Positions 17,025 to 27,057 of a stretch of 64,000 nucleotides of DNA are shown piece after piece. The translations under genes were made by a program, and so were the position numbers. The stretch's first letter is position 1. The number at the start of each line of letters is the position of its first letter. This DNA comes from Flavobacteriales bacterium (GTDB taxonomy: Bacteria; Bacteroidota; Bacteroidia; Flavobacteriales; Flavobacteriaceae), in the NCBI GenBank assembly GCA_004214015.1, contig SGZE01000001.1, positions 13,787-77,786 on the forward strand, written 5' to 3'. The notes below the pieces were generated by a model, which ran no database searches, was not told where the DNA came from, and saw only the letters and a list, made by a program, of their open reading frames with translations.

Positions 17025-18344
17025 CTATGCCAACTTATTTTTATCAATTCGTGGGACTCTTGTAAGTAAAATTGCTCCTAGGAAGAAGAAGAACATAAAT
17101 ATTATCACAGAAAATCTAACAGAACCCGTAACCTGGGCTGCTATAGCATAAAAAAGCATACCAAATACAATTCCAATTTTTTCTGTAACGTCATAGAAGC
17201 TAAAAAATGAAGTTGTATCATTAGTGTCTGGAATAAATAAAGAAAATGTGGCTCTAGCAACTGGCTGAGTACCACCCATTAATAGACCAACAAGTCCTGC
17301 AATCATATAAAACTCATTAGGTGTATTTATGTAATATGCATATAAACAAACTGCACCCCACAGAAAGATTGCAAAAGTCAATACAATAATATTTCCAAAT
17401 TTTTGTGCTAATCTACTAAATATGAATGCACCCGCTATTGCTACAATCTGTATAAGTAAAATACTAATAATAAGACCTGATGTTTGATCTGAACCAGTCC
17501 AATCAATTTCATTTACTCCGAAATATGAAGCTATGTATAAAACTGTTTGCAAAGAGAATGAAAAAACAAAAAATGCTATTAGAAACCTAGTAAATCTTTT
17601 ACTTGATCGAATAATTTTGTATACATTTTTCAATTCTTTAAATCCGTTCCAAATAATATTTTTTGGAATTTTAACTCCTATATTTCCTTTAGGTAGATGA
17701 TAAAATGAATATTGACTGAATCCTAACCACCATAGTCCAACTATTGCAAATGAAGACTTCATTGCTATTATTTCTGATTCAAAACCAAAGGACTCATAAA
17801 AATTTATCATAATAAGATTGATAAGAAGAAGTAAAACACTTCCTATATACCCCATTGTATACCCTTTGGCACTTACGATATTTGTTTGATTTGGATATGT
17901 AATATCTCTTAAGTATGAATTATAATAAACTAAGCTTCCCCAAAAACCAATCAAAGTAAGTGTATAAAAAATCAAACTTATTTCAATTGTTTCAAGCTCA
18001 AACCAATATAAGCCAATACATGATAAGGATCCTAAGTAAACAAAAAACTTCATGAATATTTTCTTATTTCCAATATAATCAGCAACTCCACTTAAAAGTG
18101 GAGAGAGAAATGCAATTAATAGAAATGAAAAAGCAGAAACTAAGCTAATGAGAGTGTCTTTATTAATTTCAGCATTAAATAATATTATAGAATTAGTTTG
18201 AGAAAAGACATATTGAGAATAATAAATTGGAAAAACTGCAGATGATATGACTAGTGAGTAAACTGAATTGGCCCAGTCATAAAGTGTCCATGCTCCAATT
18301 AGCTTTTTACTTCCTCTTGGATGATCGGTTTTTTTATTAAACAT
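17025..18344 (-). CDS. MFS transporter (UMF1/Atg22-like family)
   Basis: 439 aa with about 12 hydrophobic segments. The N-terminus WTLYDWANSVYSLVISSAVFPIYY is typical of the UMF1 family. Confidence 0.8.
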   Translation of the reverse strand: MFNKKTDHPRGSKKLIGAWTLYDWANSVYSLVISSAVFPIYYSQYVFSQTNSIILFNAEINKDTLISLVSAFSFLLIAFLSPLLSGVADYIGNKKIFMKFFVYLGSLSCIGLYWFELETIEISLIFYTLTLIGFWGSLVYYNSYLRDITYPNQTNIVSAKGYTMGYIGSVLLLLINLIMINFYESFGFESEIIAMKSSFAIVGLWWLGFSQYSFYHLPKGNIGVKIPKNIIWNGFKELKNVYKIIRSSKRFTRFLIAFFVFSFSLQTVLYIASYFGVNEIDWTGSDQTSGLIISILLIQIVAIAGAFIFSRLAQKFGNIIVLTFAIFLWGAVCLYAYYINTPNEFYMIAGLVGLLMGGTQPVARATFSLFIPDTNDTTSFFSFYDVTEKIGIVFGMLFYAIAAQVTGSVRFSVIIFMFFFFLGAILLTRVPRIDKNKLA

Positions 18345-18389
18345 AAATTTAAATGATTCTCAAATTAAGTAAATAAATCAAAAGATATA

Positions 18390-18397
18390 TATATTTG
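18390..18397 (+). promoter_or_regulatory. Candidate -7 promoter box (TATATTTG) for msrB-lpd
   Basis: Exact TAnnTTTG, 13 nt upstream of ATG 18411. Confidence 0.4.
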
Positions 18398-18398
18398 T

Positions 18399-18406
18399 CA
18401 AAAATA
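18399..18406 (-). promoter_or_regulatory. Candidate -7 promoter box (TATTTTTG) for the MFS transporter gene
   Basis: Exact TAnnTTTG on the minus strand, 1 nt from the oppositely oriented msrB box and 54 nt upstream of ATG 18344. Confidence 0.35.
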
Positions 18407-18410
18407 ATTG

Positions 18411-18902
18411 ATGTTTAAAAAATTACATTTATTTGGAGTTTTAATTTTTAGCTTTACTTTTCTAAATTGTCAAACTTCAACAAATATTGAAGAACCAAAA
18501 ATAACTTTTAAAGTGAGTAAAACAGATAAAGAATGGAAAGAAGACCTTTCCCCTGAAGAATATGAAATTCTAAGAAATAAAGGAACTGAGAGACCAAATA
18601 CAGGGATCTACAATATGCATTTTGAAGAAGGTGTTTATGCTTGTAAAGGTTGTGGCCAAGCCCTTTTTAAAAGTAATAATAAGTTTATGTCTGATTGTGG
18701 ATGGCCAAGCTATGAGAGTGCTATTCCTGGTGCTATTACATATGTAAAAGACACAAGTTTAGGAATGATAAGAACAGAGATATTATGTTCTAATTGTGGT
18801 GGACACCAAGGTCATGTTTTTGATGATGGACCAACTGCAACAGGTAAAAGATATTGTGTAAATTCTGCGAGTATTAATTTTATAAATAATAAAAATGAGT
18901 AA
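18411..18902 (+). CDS. msrB: Peptide-methionine (R)-S-oxide reductase MsrB with an N-terminal signal/lipoprotein-like peptide
   Basis: Two CxxC pairs (CKGC, CSNC), GHVF and RYCVNS motifs. The N-terminus MFKKLHLFGVLIFSFTFLNC has a charged n-region, a hydrophobic core and a Cys. Confidence 0.9.
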   Translation: MFKKLHLFGVLIFSFTFLNCQTSTNIEEPKITFKVSKTDKEWKEDLSPEEYEILRNKGTERPNTGIYNMHFEEGVYACKGCGQALFKSNNKFMSDCGWPSYESAIPGAITYVKDTSLGMIRTEILCSNCGGHQGHVFDDGPTATGKRYCVNSASINFINNKNE

Positions 18903-20286
18903 AAAATATGATTTAGTTGTTTTAGGTAGTGGTCCAGGTGGTTATGTAACTGCCATAAGAGCCTCTCAGTTAGGATTAAAAACTGCTATAATTGAAAAAG
19001 AAAGTCTTGGTGGTGTTTGCCTTAATTGGGGATGTATCCCAACTAAAGCATTATTGAAGTCAGCCCAAGTATTTGAGTATCTAAAAAAGGCTGATACATA
19101 TGGTTTAAAAATTAAAGATTTTGATAAAGATTTTGACTCTGTCGTAAAAAGAAGTAGAAGTGTAGCAGATGGTATGAGCAAAGGTGTTAACTTTTTGATG
19201 AAAAAAAATAAAATTGATGTAATTAATGGGTATGGTAAGATTCTTCCAAATAAAATTATTTCAGTTGAAAATGAAGGAAAGATTGAAAATTATGAAGGAG
19301 ATAATATTATAATAGCAACTGGGGGAAGATCAAGGGTTATTGAATCAATTCCTCAAGATGGTAAAAAAATAATTGGTTACAGAGAAGCTATGACTCTTCA
19401 AAAACAACCAAAAAAAATGATAATAGTTGGATCTGGAGCTATAGGTATTGAATTTGCATACTTCTACAATTCTATGGGAACTGAGGTTAAAGTAGTTGAA
19501 TACATGGACAGAGTTTTACCTGTTGAAGATAAAGATATTTCAAATCAATTAAATAAAACCTTTAGAAAATCAGGAATTGAAATTCTTACTAATTCAGAAG
19601 TAATTTCATCAGACACTAAAGGTAAAGGAGTTAAAGTTCAGATTAAGTCTAAAGGACAGATTTCTGAACATGAAGCAGATATTGTTCTCTCTGCAGTTGG
19701 TGTAAAAAGTAATATTGAAAATATTGGACTTGAAGAAGTTGGTATTGCAGTTGATAAAGACAAAATAATTGTTGATGAATATTATAAAACTAATATTCCT
19801 GGTTACTATGCTATTGGTGATGTAACTTCTGGACAAGCACTTGCTCATGTAGCTTCAGCTGAAGGTATACTGTGTGTAGAGAAAATTGCCAATCATGATG
19901 TTGAACCTATTGATTATGAAAACATACCTGGTTGTACTTATTGTGCTCCTGAAGTTGCTTCTGTAGGATTAACAGAAGAAAAAGCTATTGAAAAAGGGTA
20001 TAGCATTAAAGTTGGTAAATTTCCATTTACAGCTTCTGGAAAAGCACAAGCTTCAGGACATTCTGATGGTTTCGTTAAAGTGATTTTTGATGAAAAGTAT
20101 GGAGAGTGGCTTGGATGTCACATGATTGGAGCTGGAGTAACTGACATGATAGCTGAGGCTGTTTTAGGTAGAAAACTTGAAACCACAGGTAAAGAGATAA
20201 TAAAATCAGTTCATCCACATCCTACAATGAGTGAAGCTTTAATGGAAGCTGTAGCTGATGCCTATGATGAAGTAATTCATCTTTAA
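18895..20286 (+). CDS. lpdA: Dihydrolipoyl dehydrogenase (E3)
   Basis: 463 aa. FAD site GSGPGGY, redox disulfide CLNWGCIPTK, C-terminal HPHPT interface motif. Confidence 0.95.
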   Translation: MSKKYDLVVLGSGPGGYVTAIRASQLGLKTAIIEKESLGGVCLNWGCIPTKALLKSAQVFEYLKKADTYGLKIKDFDKDFDSVVKRSRSVADGMSKGVNFLMKKNKIDVINGYGKILPNKIISVENEGKIENYEGDNIIIATGGRSRVIESIPQDGKKIIGYREAMTLQKQPKKMIIVGSGAIGIEFAYFYNSMGTEVKVVEYMDRVLPVEDKDISNQLNKTFRKSGIEILTNSEVISSDTKGKGVKVQIKSKGQISEHEADIVLSAVGVKSNIENIGLEEVGIAVDKDKIIVDEYYKTNIPGYYAIGDVTSGQALAHVASAEGILCVEKIANHDVEPIDYENIPGCTYCAPEVASVGLTEEKAIEKGYSIKVGKFPFTASGKAQASGHSDGFVKVIFDEKYGEWLGCHMIGAGVTDMIAEAVLGRKLETTGKEIIKSVHPHPTMSEALMEAVADAYDEVIHL

Positions 20287-20696
20287 TTGATTAAACTCTC
20301 AATTGCGAGTCTATAACTATCTAAACCAAAACCTATAATTATTCCGTTTACTACAGGAGATAAGAAAGAGTTATGTCTAAATTCTTCTCTAGAATAAGTA
20401 TTCGAAATATGAACCTCAATAACTTTACTATCTATTGATTTAACAGCATCCGCAATTCCAACAGAAGTATGAGTGTAAGCAGCAGCATTTAATATAATTC
20501 CGTCACAATCTTTAGATTCATGAATATGATTAATAATTTCACCTTCAATATTTGATTGAAAATAATCAAATGTAATGTTAGGAAAAGAAGATTTAAGTGA
20601 ATCTAAATATGAATCAAAATTCTGACTGCCATATATATCAGTCTCTCTAGTTCCTAGAAGATTCAAATTAGGTCCATTAATTATCGTTATTTTCAT
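20283..20696 (-). CDS. aroQ: Type II 3-dehydroquinate dehydratase
   Basis: 137 aa. INGPNLNLLGTRE...IYG signature. Shares a TTAA stop overlap with lpd. Confidence 0.9.
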   Translation of the reverse strand: MKITIINGPNLNLLGTRETDIYGSQNFDSYLDSLKSSFPNITFDYFQSNIEGEIINHIHESKDCDGIILNAAAYTHTSVGIADAVKSIDSKVIEVHISNTYSREEFRHNSFLSPVVNGIIIGFGLDSYRLAIESLIN

Positions 20697-20738
20697 ATAT
20701 TATAAAGGTAATGTATAAAGACTAATTAAAAAATTAAA

Positions 20739-21635
20739 ATGAATTGGGATTCTAGCTTTGAGAATTTTAAAAATTATCTAAAATTAGAAAGAGGGTTAAG
20801 CGATAACTCAATTAAAAGCTATGAATTTGATCTTAATTTATTTAAAAATTTTTTGGATTCAAATCAACTCAAAGACACTCCTCTTAACTGTAAAACTGAG
20901 ACTATAAAAAATTATTTATATAAAAACCTATCAGATAAAAAATCAAGAAGTCAGGCTAGAAGTATATCTGCTTTAAAAAGTTTTTTTAATTATTTAATTT
21001 TTGAAGAACTAATTAAAGACTCTCCTATATCTAATATTGAGGCTCCCAAACTAGAGAAAAAACTTCCTCAAGTATTGACAGAAGACGAGATTAGTCAACT
21101 AATAAAATCAGTTGATCTTAATCACGTATTTGGACAGAGAAATAAAACAATAATAGAGGTTTTATATGGAACAGGGATTCGTGTAAGCGAGTTGGTAAAT
21201 TTAAAATTATCAAATATATTTTTCAAAGAAAATATTCTTAAAGTAAATGGTAAAGGAGATAAAGAGAGGTTTGTACCGTTAGGGGAAATTGCTTCTAATG
21301 AAATTAAGACATATATAAACCTAAGAGATAATTTAAAAATTGATTCAAAATTTACAGATATCTTATTTCTTAATAGATATGGGAGAGCGTTAACTAGATC
21401 AATGATTTTTAAAATAATAAAGGATGCTTCTAAAAGTATTAAATTAGAGAAGAAAATAAGTCCACATACATTAAGACATTCATTTGCAACTCATTTACTT
21501 AAAAATGGTGCAGATTTAAGAACAATTCAGTTAATACTTGGTCATGAGAGTATAACAACTACTGAGATCTATACACATCTAGACACTTTTCACCTAGAAG
21601 AGGTTTTAAAAAAATATCATCCCAGAGGAAACTAA
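20739..21635 (+). CDS. xerD: Site-specific tyrosine recombinase XerD-like
   Basis: 298 aa. Catalytic region RHSFATHLL...LGHESITTTEIYTH. Confidence 0.85.
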   Translation: MNWDSSFENFKNYLKLERGLSDNSIKSYEFDLNLFKNFLDSNQLKDTPLNCKTETIKNYLYKNLSDKKSRSQARSISALKSFFNYLIFEELIKDSPISNIEAPKLEKKLPQVLTEDEISQLIKSVDLNHVFGQRNKTIIEVLYGTGIRVSELVNLKLSNIFFKENILKVNGKGDKERFVPLGEIASNEIKTYINLRDNLKIDSKFTDILFLNRYGRALTRSMIFKIIKDASKSIKLEKKISPHTLRHSFATHLLKNGADLRTIQLILGHESITTTEIYTHLDTFHLEEVLKKYHPRGN

Positions 21636-21661
21636 TTGATTAATTGTAACCCTAGAGGAGA

Positions 21662-22360
21662 CTACTCCTTCATTAATCGGAATCCTTCACCATGAACATT
21701 AATAATTTTTAGAGAAACGTCTTTATCAAGATATTTTCTAAGCTTAGCAATATAGACATCCATACTTCTTGAAGTGAAATAATTAGCATCTCTCCATATC
21801 TTATTTAAAGCAATATCTCTAGGAAGAAGATCGTCAAAATTAAGAACTAGCATTTTAAGTAATTGGTTTTCTTTTGGAGATAATTTAAAAGAGTCACCCT
21901 CCTTGTGAGTTAAAATACGAAGCTTTGAATTGAAATCAAACTGACCAAATTCAAACTCAAATTCATCAGTTTCCTGAGTACTTAGATTGGGTTTTCTATT
22001 TAAAATAGATTTAATTTTAGCTAATAGTATTTCAGAATCAAAAGGTTTAGTCAGGTAATCATCAGCACCAATTTTATAACCTTTTAGAACATCATCTTTT
22101 AAATTTTTTGCAGTTAAAAAAATTAATGGAATAAGTTCATTTACCTCCCTTATTTCTTTAGCTAGGGTCAAACCATCCTTAAATGGCATCATTATATCAA
22201 GAATGCATAAATCAAAATCAGATCTATTAAATTTCTCAAATCCTTCTATACCATTAACAGCAAGAGATACTTCATAGTTGTTTATAGTTAAATAATCTTT
22301 TAAGATTCTTCCAAAATTTGGATCATCTTCTACTAATAAGATTCTTTTATTTGATTTCAT
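21662..22360 (-). CDS. OmpR-family response regulator
   Basis: Receiver domain (LLVEDD...DLCILDIMMP) plus a winged-helix C-terminal domain. Confidence 0.9.
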   Translation of the reverse strand: MKSNKRILLVEDDPNFGRILKDYLTINNYEVSLAVNGIEGFEKFNRSDFDLCILDIMMPFKDGLTLAKEIREVNELIPLIFLTAKNLKDDVLKGYKIGADDYLTKPFDSEILLAKIKSILNRKPNLSTQETDEFEFEFGQFDFNSKLRILTHKEGDSFKLSPKENQLLKMLVLNFDDLLPRDIALNKIWRDANYFTSRSMDVYIAKLRKYLDKDVSLKIINVHGEGFRLMKE

Positions 22361-22361
22361 A

Positions 22362-23939
22362 TTAAATATTTTTAAGAGTTATATAAAACTTTGTTCCTGT
22401 ACCTTTTTTACTTTCCAATGAAATTTTTCCATTATGAAAGTCAATAATTTTCTTAACATAGGATAATCCAAGACCATGACCTTTTATATTATGAATGTTA
22501 CCATTATGTTCTCTGTAGAATTTTTCGAATATCATTTTTTGGGTATTCTTATCCATCCCTATTCCATTATCTTCAAAGCATAATATAATATCTTTATTTA
22601 AGTTTGTTGATGATATTATTATCTGTGGATTATCTTTAGAATACTTCACTGCATTATCTAAAATATTTATAATAATGTTCTCTAAATGATTACTATTTCC
22701 ATTGATGTTAAAACTTTCAGCTTTAAGAGATAATTTTATTGATCCTTTTTTACTTTCTACTATTAATTTCACATGCTCTATAGCATCTTCTATTACTTCG
22801 TGAATGTTTATCTGTTCCATGTCAAAAGGATTAGAACTCTTCTCTAACTGAGATATTCTAAGAATATTCTCAACTTGTGATAACATTCTAGAGTTTTCTT
22901 CTCTTATCATTCCCAAGTAGGATATAAATTTATCATTTAAATTATTTTTAGAACTTGAGATTGCATCAAGAGCGAGATTTATAGTTGCTATAGGTGTTTT
23001 AAATTCATGAGATATATTGTTAATAAAATCATTTTTAATCTCAGATAATTTTTTTTGTCTAATTATTTGATAAAGTGCACTGGTTGAAATGACTACAATA
23101 ACTAGAGTAAGCATGAAAGAAAGAGTAGCAACACCTATTATGCCTGAAAGAACATATTCTTGCTTTTCAGGAAATGATACAATTAAATTATAAGGAACGG
23201 GACCAGATCTATCATATAAAAATGGAATAGAATATTTGGGACCAGTCTGAACTTCTAAATAATTATTCGATTTAACCTTAGTTGAAAGACCATTACTGTA
23301 TATACCAAACTCATATGGAGTAATAATATTTCTATCATTGAATCCTTGATTTAATAAAATTTGAATCTCACGTGAAGTAGTTCTTTTATGAATGGGAAGG
23401 GAAGATGCATATTCTTGAAAGGCTGCTTTATATTTCTCAAATTTGAATAAGTCTATATCTTCAACACTTTTTAACTTAGATATAGATGCGTTTAATCTAT
23501 TCTCTCTTCTATCAAAAATATTTTTGTTTACTATAGTTGTTTTTACAGCCTTATAGTCTTTAAGATCATCATCTCCATATCTGTTTGAAAGATTATCAGG
23601 TAAATTTATATTATAGTCTTCTTCAAGAATTCCATAAGCAAAAAAGGTAGAAAGGTTAGATGATTGATCTTCATCTAAAAATAAAAATACATCAGTAAAG
23701 TTTGATTCATCTGGAGTTCCTAAAGAATCGATTAATAATTGATAAGTAAACACATAATCATTAAGCTCTCTATTTTGTATTTCATCAACAACTTCTCTAA
23801 GAGTTCTATTTACAGCAAGTGAAAACTCTTCTTCTTTAGTTTGCCATGCAGAATATATCCAGTAACCTTGCATTAGAATAATACCAATCAAAGAAAATGA
23901 CATTAATAAAACTAAAGATGTATAGAGTTTCTTATTCAT
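22362..23939 (-). CDS. Sensor histidine kinase with a large extracytoplasmic domain
   Basis: Two TM segments flank a loop of about 240 aa. H-box SHEFKTPIA, N-box, G1 DNGIGM, G2 GHGLGLS. Confidence 0.9.
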   Translation of the reverse strand: MNKKLYTSLVLLMSFSLIGIILMQGYWIYSAWQTKEEEFSLAVNRTLREVVDEIQNRELNDYVFTYQLLIDSLGTPDESNFTDVFLFLDEDQSSNLSTFFAYGILEEDYNINLPDNLSNRYGDDDLKDYKAVKTTIVNKNIFDRRENRLNASISKLKSVEDIDLFKFEKYKAAFQEYASSLPIHKRTTSREIQILLNQGFNDRNIITPYEFGIYSNGLSTKVKSNNYLEVQTGPKYSIPFLYDRSGPVPYNLIVSFPEKQEYVLSGIIGVATLSFMLTLVIVVISTSALYQIIRQKKLSEIKNDFINNISHEFKTPIATINLALDAISSSKNNLNDKFISYLGMIREENSRMLSQVENILRISQLEKSSNPFDMEQINIHEVIEDAIEHVKLIVESKKGSIKLSLKAESFNINGNSNHLENIIINILDNAVKYSKDNPQIIISSTNLNKDIILCFEDNGIGMDKNTQKMIFEKFYREHNGNIHNIKGHGLGLSYVKKIIDFHNGKISLESKKGTGTKFYITLKNI

Positions 23940-23999
23940 TTATATAAAATTCTCATTTTTAAAATTAAAATTTCTTAATGAAATGTTAATATCTATTGT

Positions 24000-24578
24000 T
24001 TAGGCTTTTAAATCAAGATGAATACTTAAAACTTTATCTTCTAGATCTTCTATGTTCTCGTTTCTAATTACATAATCACACTTATCAATAATTAAATTTT
24101 CATCTAGCTGATTATTAATTCTTTTCATTACTTCTTCTCTAGAAATGTTATCTCTATTCATAACTCTTTCAATTCTAATTTCTAAAGGTGCTTGAATAAA
24201 AATAATTTTATCATAACTATTCTCTGATTTAGTTTCAAAAATAATTGCAGCCTCTTTAACTATGTAATCTTCGTTATTTGAATTTAAAAAAAGTTTAAAG
24301 TCTTTTGCAACTGCTGGATGAATAATTGAATTTAGTAATTTAAGTTTCTCTGTATCTTCAAAAACAATTTTAGATAACTTTCTAGAGTTTAATATACCTT
24401 TATCATAAATATTATCTCCAAAAGAGGACTTTATTAAATTGATTAAATAAGGATCAGTATTAACCAATTTTTTAGCAGACTCGTCTGCACTGTAAGTTTT
24501 TACTCCTAAAAATTTAAAAAGCTCTAAAACAGTAGATTTTCCAGATCCAATACCTCCGGTTAATCCAATGATTTTCAT
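24000..24578 (-). CDS. coaE: Dephospho-CoA kinase
   Basis: 192 aa. P-loop GLTGGIGSGKST. Confidence 0.9.
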   Translation of the reverse strand: MKIIGLTGGIGSGKSTVLELFKFLGVKTYSADESAKKLVNTDPYLINLIKSSFGDNIYDKGILNSRKLSKIVFEDTEKLKLLNSIIHPAVAKDFKLFLNSNNEDYIVKEAAIIFETKSENSYDKIIFIQAPLEIRIERVMNRDNISREEVMKRINNQLDENLIIDKCDYVIRNENIEDLEDKVLSIHLDLKA

Positions 24579-25387
24579 TTTGAATTTAATTTATCAATAA
24601 TTTCTTGACTAACTCCAACATTAGAAAATCCACCATCATTAAATATGTTTTGAAGAGTCACTCTTTTTGTATAGTCAGAAAAGAGAGATACTGTAAGATT
24701 TGCACAATCTTCAGCAGTTGCATTTCCTAGAGGTGAGGTTAATTGAGCATAATTTAGAAAATCATCAAGTCCTTTAACTCCTTTCCCAGCAGTTGTTAGG
24801 GTTGGAGATTGAGAAATAGTATTAACTCTAACATTTTTTTCTTTACCAAATATATATCCAAAACTTCTAGCTATTGACTCTAAATAAGCTTTATTGTCAG
24901 CCATATCATTATAGTTTGGGAAAGCTCGTTGAGCTGCAATGTATGTAAGGGCTACTATACTTCCCCATTGATTCATTGCGTCTAATTTAAAAAGAGATTG
25001 CATTAATTTATGAAAAGAAACAGCAGAAACATCCCAACCTTTAGTTAACCAGTCATAATTTAAATCTGTATACGGCCTACCCTTCCTTACATTTACTGAC
25101 ATACCAATGGAATGAAGAATAAAATCAAGCTTACCGAATTTGTCTGTAGCTATATTAATTAATTTTTCAAGATCCTCAAGACTTGTTGCATCTGCAGCTA
25201 CAACCTCAGATTTTGTCTTTTCAGCTAACTCATTAATTGATCCCATTCGAATTGAAACAGGAGCATTTGTTAAAACAAATTCTCCACCTTCATTAAAAAC
25301 ACTCTCGGCTGTCTTCCAAGCAATAGAACTACTATCTAAAGCGCCGAATATTATTCCTTTTTTTCCTTTTAAAATATTATTTTCCAT
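24575..25387 (-). CDS. fabI: Enoyl-[acyl-carrier-protein] reductase (NADH), FabI type
   Basis: 270-aa SDR-like protein. LKGKKGIIFG N-terminus and overall FabI-like layout. Confidence 0.85.
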   Translation of the reverse strand: MENNILKGKKGIIFGALDSSSIAWKTAESVFNEGGEFVLTNAPVSIRMGSINELAEKTKSEVVAADATSLEDLEKLINIATDKFGKLDFILHSIGMSVNVRKGRPYTDLNYDWLTKGWDVSAVSFHKLMQSLFKLDAMNQWGSIVALTYIAAQRAFPNYNDMADNKAYLESIARSFGYIFGKEKNVRVNTISQSPTLTTAGKGVKGLDDFLNYAQLTSPLGNATAEDCANLTVSLFSDYTKRVTLQNIFNDGGFSNVGVSQEIIDKLNSK

Positions 25388-25404
25388 CGTATTGTAAATA
25401 TAGT

Positions 25405-27057
25405 TTAATTCAATAATTCACTTGCAAGTTCATGGGCAGATTTATTTGATTTATCTCCTGACAACATTTCTGCTATCTCGTTAACTCTCTCTTTATCAGA
25501 AAGAAACTTTACATCAGTAATAATCTTATTATTGTCTTCTCTTTTAAATACTTTATAATGAAAATCACCCTTTGAAGCAACTTGGGGAGTATGAGTGATA
25601 ACTATCACTTGCATTTTCTTAGACATATGTTTCATAAGCTCAGCAACCTTAGAAGATACAGAGCCTGATATACCTGTGTCAATTTCATCAAAAATAATTG
25701 AAGATAATTGTGTAAAGCTTGATAAAATAGATTTTATAGAAAGCATAACCCTCGATATCTCTCCACCTGAAGCTATGTCTTTTAATTCACTATATAGCGC
25801 ACCAGCATTTGATTTAAATAAAAATCTACCTTCACTAATTCCATTTCTATGAATTGTTTCGCTTTTGATTAAATCAATCTTAATATCAGACTTTTCCATT
25901 CCTAATTCTGATAAATTCTTATTCATTAAAATTTGAAATTCAGGAATTACAGAATTTCTTTTATCATGAATTTTATTTGCTTTTGATATTAAGTTTGTTT
26001 TAATCAATTCTAACTCTTCTTCAAGCTCATCGATTTCAATATATATACTATCATGACTTGATATTTTAGAGGCTAAATCTTGCTTAATTATCAATAAATC
26101 ATTCAATGAATCAACTTTATGTTTGTTTTGAAGAGAGAAAACCTTATCCAAAGTGTCTCTTAAGCTATCAATATTTTCATCTGAATTTGAGATATCATTG
26201 AGAATCAGTTCTGAGTCATTTACAATCTGATTTAAATTCTCATTAACTAAATTAAGATTCATACTCAACTCATTAAGACGATTTGAAGAATTTGAAACCT
26301 TACTTAAACTTTTAACTATCTGAGATAATTTATCTGATATACCAATTTCATCAGCATTTAACTCAGTATCAATTTTGGATAAAATATCTTTTATTTGATC
26401 AACATTATCAGCTTCTTTTACTTTATTATGAAGATCATCTAGGTTTAAATTATCAAGATCAAGATCTTGAAATTCAGTATATAAGAATTTATTATAGTCT
26501 AAATCAGAATTTAATTTTTCTCTAATTAGTCTCTTTGTTTCAATCTTTTTTTCAATTGACTGTAATGATTTAAATTCATTTAAATATATTTTAAAATCAT
26601 CTAAATTATTAGAGAGTGAATCTAGAATTATAAAAATAAAATTTGAATCTAGTATACTTAAATTATTAAACTGTGAGTGAACATCAATTAATCTATTTGT
26701 AAGACTTGATAAAAGTTCAAGCTTGACAGGAGTATCATTAATAAAGGCTCTTGATTTACCATTTTGATTAACTTCTCTTCTTATTATAGTAATTTCATCA
26801 TAATCTAAATCATTATTGGTAAAAAAATCAATTGGATTAAGATCCTTTAGATCAAATACAGCTTCAACAAAACATTTTTTATCCTTATTTATGATTTTTG
26901 AATTATCAATCCTAGACCCTAGAACCATTGAAAGACCTCCTAAAATTATTGACTTTCCAGCACCTGTTTCACCAGTAATAGATGTCATACCCTTATCGAA
27001 AGAAATTTCGATAGAGTCTATTAAAGCATAATTATTAATTTTAAGTGTCTTTAACAT
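25405..27057 (-). CDS. recN: DNA repair protein RecN
   Basis: 550 aa. SMC-like Walker A GETGAGKSI, long coiled coil, C-terminal signature/Walker B (IIFDEIDTGISG). Confidence 0.9.
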   Translation of the reverse strand: MLKTLKINNYALIDSIEISFDKGMTSITGETGAGKSIILGGLSMVLGSRIDNSKIINKDKKCFVEAVFDLKDLNPIDFFTNNDLDYDEITIIRREVNQNGKSRAFINDTPVKLELLSSLTNRLIDVHSQFNNLSILDSNFIFIILDSLSNNLDDFKIYLNEFKSLQSIEKKIETKRLIREKLNSDLDYNKFLYTEFQDLDLDNLNLDDLHNKVKEADNVDQIKDILSKIDTELNADEIGISDKLSQIVKSLSKVSNSSNRLNELSMNLNLVNENLNQIVNDSELILNDISNSDENIDSLRDTLDKVFSLQNKHKVDSLNDLLIIKQDLASKISSHDSIYIEIDELEEELELIKTNLISKANKIHDKRNSVIPEFQILMNKNLSELGMEKSDIKIDLIKSETIHRNGISEGRFLFKSNAGALYSELKDIASGGEISRVMLSIKSILSSFTQLSSIIFDEIDTGISGSVSSKVAELMKHMSKKMQVIVITHTPQVASKGDFHYKVFKREDNNKIITDVKFLSDKERVNEIAEMLSGDKSNKSAHELASELLN

